From Catajapyx aquilonaris (taxonomy: Eukaryota), in NCBI GenBank assembly GCA_000934665.2, contig JYFJ02002962.1, forward strand, positions 1-48,296: 48,296 nucleotides of DNA, written 5' to 3'. The notes under the pieces were generated by a model that was given only the letters and a program-made list of their open reading frames with translations, was not told the origin of the DNA and ran no database searches. Positions 13,512-25,500 of the stretch are shown one piece after another. A program made the position numbers and the translations under genes. The stretch's first letter is position 1. Every line of letters begins with the position of its first letter.

Positions 13512-16500
13512 GACATATGCGTGGGGGGTATCTGTTGATGGTTCATTGAACCACATTAGTTCCGTTGGACGCGTTGAATCATTAGGTGCAACATTAGCCG
13601 CTTGGTGATGCGTTCCGATATGGTTCCGATGTTTAGGGGGGTGCTATCAGCCTCCGAGTATGTTCCGTGCTGTGATATTTTCCGCGCTATTTACGTTTTG
13701 AGCTGCAGGTATGTCAGGGTTTTGGGCTCAAACGATCGCTCTTTGCACGTCCCTCTGAAGGTCCAACGGAAGGCCACACTGGCGGGGACCATGTGCGCAA
13801 GTCCGATTCCATAAGGTTGTTGTCGTGATTCCTCGAATAAGACAGATAAAGTCAATTGACCTCTAAGTTCGGACCCCGCCCCCTTTTCGCCTCAGCCAAT
13901 TGAATGCGGGTTAAAGGACCACACCCCCCTTTCTAGCCAATCGTGAGAGTAGGTGATGTCATTTCCTAGTTACCACATGACATGACATTTTTAGAATGTA
14001 TTTCGTGGGTTATTTTAAATTATGAGTTCCAGAATACCCATGCCTTAGTCCATGTCAGGTATAATAACTCAAACTCTTGCATCATAATTGGTTCGTCCAT
14101 TAGGACAGAACAGATATGAATATGAGTAATGTTCAATGATTCTGGCCACAGCGTTTATGACGTCATTCAAGCCGCGCCTCCAACTTCTTCGAAGGGTGCG
14201 TTCAGTTATCGATTTTGCTAGGGTGACGTCACAAAATCAACAACACGGCCGAATTTCGAACGTGTCTTGTGCCCCGTCAATTCCCGTCTTAAAGCCGGTA
14301 CCGACGTAAGAGTTTTCTCTCATAAGAGGAGCCAACTGCGCATGCCCGGATACGAGGAAAGAGGAAAAGTTGAAAATTTTCAACTTTAATCCCCTTTTAG
14401 AGGGACAAGAGGGGCCCTGAGGCGTCAAAGAGTCCGTCTCGACGTACAAGATTTCTCGCGTAAGAGGACTCTTATGAGAGAAACTCTAACGTGGATACTG
14501 GCTTTTAGCTGCCAGTTCCGCTGTATATGCGTCATTCTTGACCTGGGACACGACCTAGGTCAAAGCCGTGCCTCAGGGTCGCCCATAGCAGGCTAGTACT
14601 ATCAGCAGGAACACCAAGGGGGTAGTCACTTCGGAGAGCCGGTGTACACCCTCACTGGTGAGCCGCGGAGAGCCGAGGGAAAACTACGTCATATTGACGT
14701 CATATCATCAACCCCGCGGGTTGTGACGTAGTTGGCTCTCCGCGGCTCTCCGAGGCATCGGTGAGCCCATATAAAGACCGTGGGTGAGCATGCTGGTGAG
14801 CCGGGGAGGAGCCGAAGAGAGCCTCAGAGAGCCGTAACTCAAGAGAGCCGGCGTACACTTTTTGATGAGTGACTACCCCCTTGAGGAACACAATTATATA
14901 CAGTAAAACTTCTATAACTATAACTTCTATTGAATTGAAAAGGCTGCTGAAAACCGCCCTTAGACAAAAAAAAGTGCGGATTTGGGACTTTTCCTGGGGT
15001 CACCGATAGCATAGCGCCATAGCCTGTTCATTCGGCAAGTAGAAGGTGTTCCATCTGGAAGCCTGGAGGTTTTGCTGCCCTTCTTCGTCCCATGCAAGGC
15101 GACGGGATGCGGTCTGGTGGTGCCAACAACTCAGAAATGAGATGGTACTCCTGCCTCGCCCGTCCTTTGTTGGTGGACGTCACCTGGGACACCGCCGAAG
15201 TTAACATCCCAGCATAGCCTGTCCTGCCGGCAATCTGTTNNTCCCCCCCCCCCCCCCCCATTATCCGCGAGTACCTGACCAGGCTTCAGATATTATTTTT
15301 TTGTATATGTATTAGGTCATGCGAGGATATTAAGGACCTCCTCCTTAATATTCGCTGGCAACCCCATATCTGTTGTGAAACGCCGTGAAGATGATGATGA
15401 TGATGATGATGATGAAAACTTCTATAAGTCGAATCTCCATGGGACCAGAAAAAAACTTCGAGTTATAGAAGTTTGGAATTTTTTAAGCACGTAACTCGAT
15501 GAGGAAGCCTACCTTTATATCCAGCGACGAAAGGTGTTCACAACTTCAGAATAACTGTCACTATCACACTTACAATGTTCCTCGTTGTTTTGGTGTAAAA
15601 AATCTCCTTTATTGACATTTTCCTACTCTTAGATTCAAGGATTCAATTGTCACAATCGAGTCAAACACTTCTTTCTGTAGTAGGCCTACGTATAACGTAT
15701 GGTAGACGGAGATCGGGAAATTGAGCCTTTCCGTATACATGTGGCCTACTCGCGACCCTTCGGCTGGGAAATTAGAAAATTTTCCGTACTCGCCAACATG
15801 AACTTCGACTTAGGGAGACTGAAAATGCATTGATATCCCATCGTAAGGCCCTGCCTGCACTTCGAGTTATGGAGAACTTCGAGTTGTAGAAATTCGAGTT
15901 AGGGAAGTTTATTTCCTATTATTTTACATTGTGACCAACCGAGCTCATCATTTTATTCGACTTACAGAGAACTTCGACTTAGGGAAGTTCGACTTGTGGA
16001 AGTTTTACTGTATTCCTTTCTGTATTTCCTTTCTCCGTGGTATTTACCAATCTCCCGTGGCAACTAGAACAATTGACATTTTAAAAACGCACCCCCATTA
16101 GGAACATCCCCAGAAGAAAAACTTTAAAGTGGGCAGAAGCATGGAACATTACTCGTATTCATATCTGTTCTGTACTAATGGACAAACCAATAATGATGCG
16201 AGAGTTTGAGTTATTACAGCTGACATGGACTAAGGCATCCTGGGTATTATGGAACTCGTATTTTAAAATAACCCACGATATACATTTAAAAAATGTAATT
16301 TCATGTGGTAACTAGGAAGTGACGTCACCGACCCTCTCCTTATTGGCTAGCCAGGGAGGTGTGGACCTCTAACCAGCATTCAATTGGCTGAAGGCGAAAA
16401 GGGGGCGGGGTTCGAACTTAGAGGTCAATTCAGTATATAAGTATGTTTGGGTCAACGTGAGGGGGGGTTTTCCCCGCAGCCCAGAGGCGTATACCTAGGG

Positions 16501-19500
16501 GGAGAACATTACTAGTGCTGTAATCGCGTAATGCTTATTGTGATACTAGTGCTGTAATCGCGTAATGCTTATTGTGATACGGACTCGAGGGTCATTTAAG
16601 CTTTAGAGCGTAACATTTAAACAGGGAGGTTTTGACATTTCCGTAATTTTCCATCGTTGGTGGTATTTCATATGAAAGCTATACGCGGCATTTTAAATAG
16701 GGGCATAAACTATGGTTATAGAGTGTAGCACGAGCAACAGAGGAAGCGACCGTAGCGATGCTGTTGATAATAATTTGTAAATGTTTTTTTTTGAAAAAGA
16801 TAATATCTGACAGGCTGTTTGATCACATTTATATCAGGTGTGGCATACGCATTAACTGGACTGTGCCAGCGAGCTCTGCTCACCTTGTTGTGTTCGACAC
16901 ATTTGGGCAGGCGAATCACATGTAATATGTAAATCAAGAAAGACATGCGCACACTCATTATTTATTAACCTTCACCGCCAAGCTTCCCGCGCAACTACCT
17001 TGGCCTCAGTGACCTAAGCCTCCTCAGCTGAATGTGAAATACTCGAATCGCGGAAAGCGACAGGGAAGTCTATTAATATCCTGCCAAGTGGATTAACTTC
17101 TGCGTATTGCGACTCGTGATGGCAGTAAAAAGTTTAATCCGGTATCAGCACCTTACAGGAAGCCAAGGAGATTACGAGCGTGACGCTGTACGGATGTGAT
17201 ACCATGTGATTTCAAATACCACTTGTGGTCAACATGACTGGGGCTATGTTACTCTTGGCCTGAGGAAATGTTGAGGCATAGGCGAGATGAATGTTGGTTA
17301 AAACTAGAGCGGGCGTGCGTTACATTAGCGCACACTAGGGCATGTACAAATGAAGGTTTCACTCGCCTGGCTGTGTTCTTGCCAACAGTAGGTCAACTAC
17401 GTGCTTTTTGTTAGTAATTGAATAGGGTAATATCCTCGGTGCAGGAATGCTCTTAGTGGCACGCTCTGTAACACGATGGCTTGGCTCAGGTAACTCAGAA
17501 ACTGGAGAAGGTCGAGTGTCATTAGATGCTGCCTACATTGCGGCTTGCACGGTGCACCAGCAGATGATCAACTTATAGCGATACTGTACTGTACCTATAG
17601 AAACCAAATGGTGGACCGGGTGTGTAAATGACCCCATGGATTTGTCAAGGTTCCCGATGCGTAAGGGAAAGCTGCTGCAACACCGTAACAACTGAGCTGC
17701 CCTTGTCAGCGTAGAAAGCGATCCTGTTCTGGATCTGGTAACCAGAGAGGGAGGATTATTGCTGGTAACTGGCAACCTTGGCACCAAGGTCGCCAACAGA
17801 TTCCGGCTTCCCTCCAGGCATCCCGACCGAACTGTCCACACCGTGAAGACGACGATTGTTATCACTCATTGTTTCCCCGCGAAGAACGACCATGAAAAGA
17901 AGAGGGAGCAGCCGATCAGAAAAGGCCGCGACATTGAAGTTACGCACCGATCATCCGGAGCGAAGAAGCGGTTACGGAGGGGTGACCGTCGAGGCCGAAT
18001 CCGCGGAGGCAGCTGGAAACACAATGCCAATCTTCGCGTATTTGCCAAAAGCCTGGTACCGTGAATAGCAATCGTACGTTCTTGAGGTGGGCGGCATATG
18101 TTTTCGCAGCCAGAACAGCCAGGGACGGGCCTACAGGGAGGTGGGGAGTGACGCAAAGTGTGCATTTGCAGCCCTGCGCTATTTTGGGTATCCGGATGAG
18201 GGAAGGGGACAATGAGAAGCAAAAATGAGGTCGTGCCTAGTCTGATGTTGATCTGCAGCAACAAAGAGACAGTCCGAGTGGTTTTGGGAGTCATTACCTT
18301 GAATATGGAGGTCACGCAAAGGCTTTATTGACAGAGCCGGGAAGGGGCTAAGATACTCCGGAGAACGGGCCGGAACTGCACGTACTGCTGATTACCAGGA
18401 GGGTTTACCTGAGTATGAGCCAATATTGTGAATGCTAAGTGTATGGCATAACTGGAGGGTGACGCGGTTCTGCATTGTGGCCGGGAGTGGTATGCATGCA
18501 AATGAGTCGGGGGGGAAACACTTAATTTCATTAGGAGCGCGCTTTATTTCGATTGGTAGTTTCAAAGGGAGCAATTAATAGTTATAGGACTAGATGAGAA
18601 TGAAAAAAAGTGAGGGTGGCGAAAAGTGGTTGTCGCGGTTGATGTGGTGGAGGAAGTTTAGGGAGCTTTAGCATTGTTGCAGGGGTGGTTGCGTCCTTGC
18701 CCATTTCCGCGTTTCCCATGGAGGGTAATTTATTTTTAGCAAAGGCGCTTTTTCGGGGGGCTCGGAAAAAAAAAAAAAAATCGGGACCCCCACACCTCTC
18801 GGTTGGGAGTGTACTATAGAGCCCGGTGACGTGTCTGCTGCAATGCCGTTTTGCGCACTTTTTGTCCAAGAACAAGCTCGAGTCTTGTGATTCATTGTCT
18901 GACCTTGTCTAACGGACAGTGACGCGGAAACGGAAACATTTTCCCAGTCCCTTCAAGTGTAGATCCAAGCGCGTGACGGGGGAGTCACGTTTTCAGGCGT
19001 AAGCTAAGAAAAGTCGCTATTTTGCTAGGGGATGATCCGGTGTTACTACGGATACTCCCTCAGGGGCTTATTCTTAGTGTGGTCAATGGATGTGTTGATG
19101 CAGGATACTGTGCAAACAAACCATTGAAGCTAAAGTCGGTCGACGTTGCAGGCTGCGTCGAATTGACCTAGACCCCCCCCCCCCTTCCCCCGACTTCCCC
19201 CCTCCCCCCTCCCATCCCCACTTCCTCCCATGGATATCGACATGTTTGGCGCCAAGGACGCGGAAAATGGGACAGATCTCACTGTATGAATGCCACTTGA
19301 AGCTATCCACACCAATATGTTCAGGCATTTTATTTTGAGGGGGAAGGCACGTGGCCGGATGTTGGGGGTTTATACCCGGAATGGCGCGTGAACAATGTTG
19401 GGTAGGTGCTGATGTGTGTTGAGGATTCCTGCGCATGTATGTAGCGGAATACAATGCTGACTTTCCAAAATGTCACTGGCACTTTCTACGTAGCCGTAGA

Positions 19501-22500
19501 TGATTGCCCAGGTAGCCGCCCTATGATTATAGCGTAACCACCATTTTGCCGGACGCTGACATCCGTAGAAAACAAAAGTGAGCAGAGTGGGTGGACAAGA
19601 AAAGCTTTGTAGGCATGTACGGATATGTACACTTCAGGAGTTATCTGAAGGGGAAAAAAAGCAATGAAGTAGAAGCACCCCAATCTAGCGCGGGCGGGAT
19701 TGCCCACTGAGCGACATTACCCTACTCCCTCACACCGCGTACGGAAAAGACCGGAGTGCGCAGGACGTGCAGCGGCAGCGAACGTGCTCATTTGGCTGGG
19801 CGTACCCGGCGTAACTACCCTGTGGATGACATACTCGAATGCGAAACGAGCTGAAGGGAATGATTGAAGCCTGTGGGTCTGGGCGACGCGACGGCATTGT
19901 CGAAACACCCCCCGGCAGCAGTTACCGGGGTCTCAGGGGCGGTAGCAATCAGCTGGAAGCTGCTTGATTGCGTCAGATGTGTAGTCACGGGGTTTCCTTA
20001 GGTCTCAGGAGCATTGATTGGGGGGATGATCCAGTCTCAAGAAAAACGGCACTGGCGTCTAACCTTCACCTTTGCCTGGTCGCTCAATATTCGGCTCCAC
20101 AGTCCACCAGAAGTGACCTCGCCGGATCAGTGGGCATCCCCAGACGCGCCTCATTAACCGGGAAAGTACGCAGGTCGTTTTTTGGAGAAAGGAAAATAAA
20201 ATGTAGTCTGTGTGTATTTTGGGTGAGAGTTAGAATTTTGCATTAAGCGTGCGAAAAAGAGCGAATGGAATTCAGGATGGGGCGGGGGAGAAAAAGGGTG
20301 GGCAGGTAGGGAGACGGACAGGTGAGGTCAGCAACCTGGGGAAGCCAGCTGAGTCACTGTGATTCATGCTGAGGATGGAGAGGGGCGCGCTTTTTCAGTG
20401 GGATAACCCCCAGCTGGCTGCCAGCCCCAGGAGGTATCCAAGCTAGGAGGAACTGGTTTTATAACGGACATGGGTTGGAAACGATATTAAGGCACAAAAC
20501 ATTGGTGTCTAGCTCAGAAGACATTTTATGCATGGGGCTTCTGTTATGATTTTAATGGAATGACATCAGCTTCTATGATTCAATCTTGGCAAAAGTTGCA
20601 GCTCTGAGTTTTATTCTCACTTCCTCATTAATATGTAAGTGCAGTTGCTGTTGGATACTTGGGTTGGGGATTAGGAGGAGGGGGCTTGGTGGGCCTGAGT
20701 GCTCTGTATCTCATGATTCACATGACTAATTTAGCTCAAAGGTGGAGCAAATTGGGTCATGGATTTGATGGAGGTTACATAGGTGAAGTAATTTTTTTAT
20801 TTAAAGGACGCCACTGTCCCCATATGTTGATACTTGCAATTGTATTTTTAACCCTTTGAGACACCTCCTTAGATGCTAATGTGTTTCCTTTTGAAAAGTC
20901 GCGTAACATGGTCACTGGGCATCAGTTAGGCAGTAAAAAAATATAGCAAAGTGGTTCTTTACATACTTATGTAGTTATGAGGTGTTTTCATCTTGCCATC
21001 ATCAAGCACATTGAGCGAATATATGAAAACAGTAACAAATAATAGTGAAGAACTGTCACTCCAAAACTATTTATTTGACTCTCTGTAGCATACTTAAAAA
21101 ATAATAATTTTCAGAGGCACAGTGCAACATTGCCTGTAGAGCATGGCCACCTGAATCTGTGCACAATCATTGTTGTGCCATTATTGTCTCACAACAATGT
21201 ACCCAAATGGAAACACCTGAGCAATTTCACGTAAAAGTAAACATCTGTGACAAAAATGGAAAAATACGTGTTGGCATTTAGTGATACATCGTTGGAATCA
21301 GGAAGAACCCAATTTTCGGAATCTGAAATTACTTTTGACATGGAACCTGAACCGGTAAAATTAATCGCACTTGAATGTGTTACATTCTGAATGTAAAGTT
21401 ATGCATGAAATCACATGAATTGTGACAAACTTAAATGGGATCTTTCAAAAAGATTTCTTCACTTCTCTTTGCACGGGGCGCAAGTTGAGGATAATATGAC
21501 TGCGATCCATGGCGGATAAAGATAGTTATTCAACATTAAGTGGCTGGCCTTCGCATCAGAAGTGGACTCTGCGCAGTGTGTGGGGTGCAACGAAATATAT
21601 TAAAAAGTTCATGCCATTGAGTCACGGGTTTTAGGGCAGTGGTGCTAGTTTTCAATATTCATTGACTAGACATGGTGAGCAATGTCTCATGTGAATTGGA
21701 AGCCATAGCATGCCACCGTTTCCTGTCAGTATTGAGAAGAAAGTTGTTATGGTGTGCAACAGGAAAGTACAGAAGTACAGGCAGAGCTAATTCTAATGAA
21801 TTTTTAGAACCGGATAAAGGCATGTTGAACTTGTCATAATAGGGCAAATGAGCCAAGTTCCAGCAAGCTCGCGGCAGGCGAATTTTTTTGTTTGTTCAAG
21901 GTCACACACGCTTAGGTGAATGTAACTGACAAAGTACAGTGCAATCCTCCTATAGTCTACTGTAAGCACATCGGACATAAGCAAGTAGAAAGATCGGTCC
22001 GAGGATCGGTCCCTTCATATTTCCAGCAGTGCCAATGTACAATACTCATCAATACTATAATGAACTATGCATTTGTTTTGTATTGCCCCAGTTAAATAGA
22101 TAAATGCAAGAGAGTATATTTTTTAATTAGTTCAGATGAGCTGTGAAATAAAAGCAAGAGCAATAAAAAATATTGTAATACTCACAAAAGTGCGTCATCC
22201 TTCTACTACTTCTCCACATAGTCACCTTCCTGATTGAGTCACTTGTCATAACGTGGCACCCTGTTTTGTAACCCTAATACATTCGATGCTCCTGCCAAAT
22301 GTTATATTTGCTCTCTAATTAGATTTCTCTAAGCTAAAGGACATATTGCAGTCGAAATTCATAGGAGATCGTATAATAATGTATATGGAGGAAAGTGCAT
22401 GAGTGACATTCCTTTATCATAATTTTCAAGAAAGACGAAAGACTTGTTGGTCATTCTGAGGGGGGAGTATATAGCGAGAAATACGAGAAATAGAGGTAGG

Positions 22501-25500
22501 TAATGGTTGGTTGAAAGTGAAACCTTCCATCTCAAATCCATCAATTTCAAGGAAAGGGGGAGAACATGTGTAGCATTACGTTCTGGAGCTCCCTACATTT
22601 ACTACAAAGGGTACAAGTTGCACTGGTCCAAAGACGATCCTTGTTCACTATGCAATAGCGAGGAAGATTTCAACCTATATCACTTGTTTTACAGCTGTAC
22701 CTTTTTCAATTTACAACGTAAGATGTTAAAAGACATTCCAACCCTACCTCCAGACAAAGCACGCACACTATTGCTCAACTTGCACCCTTGCAACCAACTG
22801 ATAATAGGGGCCTTCTTCAAATCAGTAATTTCTAAACTGTGGTTTTGTGACATTTTGTTATGAATGTACATAGTACAAATAAGTAGTGCAAACCTATGCC
22901 TCCCCCTCCCCCCCCCCCCCCATCATCCCCCTTTGTTGTTACCATGTTCCTTACATTGTCACGTTAAGGGACACAAGGATATGCTAGTGAATTTTCCTGT
23001 AAAATGAATACACCGGGGGAGCCCCCATGTAAAGGCAATAGCCTATCGGGTACACAATAAAACAAACAAACAAACGTGTAGCATTTTCAACATAAAAGAC
23101 AACTCACTCATTGTAGGATTGGTGCACATACAGGAATGCTTTTCTCACATCAGTGAAAAGAAAGCAAAGGAATGCAAGTCATTTGAATCAAGGTAGATTT
23201 AAAAGCAGAGAAAAACTTGACCAATCAAAGGAATAATTCTGGGATTGAAGCTATTATTGCCCACTACTGCATCAGAACATCCATGACACTTGGCCAGTAA
23301 AAATAATGTAAATCAAGGTCTTTGTTTTCAAGTACTCAGACATGATAGTTCAATGATCGTCATACAGGTGTGAGGCTTTGGTGAGTCTCAATACTTGCAA
23401 ATGGCATTGATGCAAAATTCAATAGTGTTCTTTTTATGAACACCTTGGGAAAATGAGGACTTATTCGCGTGATACACTTTTCATAACCTTTCTTGTCCCT
23501 TTCAGCCACAAGATTGAACGAGTACATCCTACATTATGAGCCAGTCAGATATGATACCCAAGTCCTCCATCAAAAACACTTACGTGCCAAAAGATCGGTT
23601 CATACCGATCCATCGGTACTTCACAGTTTTGAAGCACAGGGAAAGAAGTTCAACTTGAGATTAAAACGTGACACCTCAGTCTTTAGCAATAATGTAGTTG
23701 TGGAGGGTCCAGAAGGGACTGTAGATGTAGACACGTCGCACTTATACTCGGGACATTTGCGAGGTAAGGGGTAAATAGTGGGTTCTGAAATCAGTAGATC
23801 GCTAATTGTGCTTATTATGCATGTTTCAGGTGAACCCAACACTCACGTGTACGGAGCCATTCGGGACGGAGTGTTTGATGGCAAAATCATCACGCCAGAG
23901 GGAACTTACTACGTGGAACGTGCCAGCAAGTTCTTCTCGTCCTACGACAACCAAAGCCTTCATTCTGTGATATATGCAGAAGACGATGTCATAGATCCTT
24001 ACGAAAAGCAGAGGGCAGGTGGGTGGCGTCTAGGTTGCAGGGTTCTGCACCATATGTCATGAGCGCTTTGCGAATATTGGCCAGTTACACTGGTTCGTGA
24101 TGGTTTTGGAAGAAAAGAAACTACCACCTCCTAGCCCTCTGTGTGCTCAAGGGAGAGCATCCGGCCACTTACCGGACGTTCTGGGTTCAAATCCCAGCAA
24201 GGGCACCAAGTTTTTCTTCCAATACCACTTAATGTGAGTGGGTGAAAGACTTAACCTCCTCAGACTTGAGGTCAAATGGTGACAGTATCTTACCTGTTAC
24301 CAGTTGTTTTAGTAATGCATTGTTGCCTCTTGCAGAAAAATCGAAATAGCATAGCATTTGTGTAGAGAGAAAGAAATCGAATATGATCATGAAGTCCCGA
24401 CAACTTTCAAACTAAAGCCTGGGAAAAGAAATTAGAACCTGCATACCACCAGAGAGCTTGTGAGATATCACCAGTGATACTGGGGGTCTCAGGAGGTTAA
24501 ACAAGTGGCAGTGCATTTTGGTGTGGCCGATGTCAAGGGGTGCTTTAAAGCAATGAATTTTTGAAGATATTTTTCATAAAATGAGGAGGGAAGTTGTCCT
24601 CTGAAATGTTGATTCTTGCACTCTTGCTTATACCCTAGGTCATGTGGGAGGTTGTGGAGTCACAGATGAGACCCTACAATGGATGGAGAGAATTCAGAAT
24701 TCTGCAAAAGAGGAAGAAGATGAAGAGACGCAAGTAGAAGAAGAGGATGTGTTTTCAACGCTATCATCATCACCACCCACACCATCACCATCTGAATCTA
24801 TTTTTGGTAGCCCCACTCATGAAGAATACCATGCCTACTTGAAATATACCAGAGAGGCCAATACAGAGAGTAGGGAATTCGATGAACCTGGTTACAGAGA
24901 AAAGCGTGCAATTGGCTGGAGGGAGGATAGCAGCAAAGGAACATGTTCTTTGTTCATCCAAACAGATCCTTTGCTGTGGCGCCACATATACTCCCAAGTA
25001 ATTACTTGAGTGCATATCTTGGGAGGTCAGTTGTACTAAAAAATGGGCTTACTTTTTAGGAAAAAAGTGATGTCAAGACAAGAGAAGAAATCTTGTCCTT
25101 GATAGCTCAGCATGTTAAGGCTGTGAATTACATCTACTCAAGCACAAAATTTGTTGGAAAATATAGTCCACAGAGATATTACATCCGATTTGAAGTACAA
25201 AGGATCAAGGTATGTTGAGATTGAAAATGTGTAAGATTTTGTTTTTTTCATTACCATATTTTACAGATTGATGATGATCGAGCTTGTCATCCTGAGTGGA
25301 GGGGTGACAAGAACATATTTTGCATCGAGAACATTGATGTCAGCAATTTTCTCAACTTGCACTCACTTGTGAACCATCAGCACTTTTGTCTTGCCTATGT
25401 ATTTACGTATCGAGACTTTACTGGCGGCACTTTGGGACTGGCCTGGGTTGCTTCCGCTTCAGGTACCTGTAAAACAATTAGCAGTGTTCGACAGCATTTA

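Larger units (their letters stand above)
13854..16430. mobile_element. Fold-back element with about 295-bp TIRs, hosting nested insertions
   Basis: 13854-14149 is the reverse complement of 16129-16430 (aattgacctctaagttc... / ...gaacttagaggtcaatt). Confidence 0.9.

Noticed and set aside
13268..13608. Poly-Ile / poly-Leu ORFs (also 6458-6713)
   Set aside because: They are translations of (TAT)n microsatellites.
17856..18068. ORF as the kuz first coding exon
   Set aside because: No signal peptide, and the candidate donor is phase 2; 3217-3280 fits both criteria.
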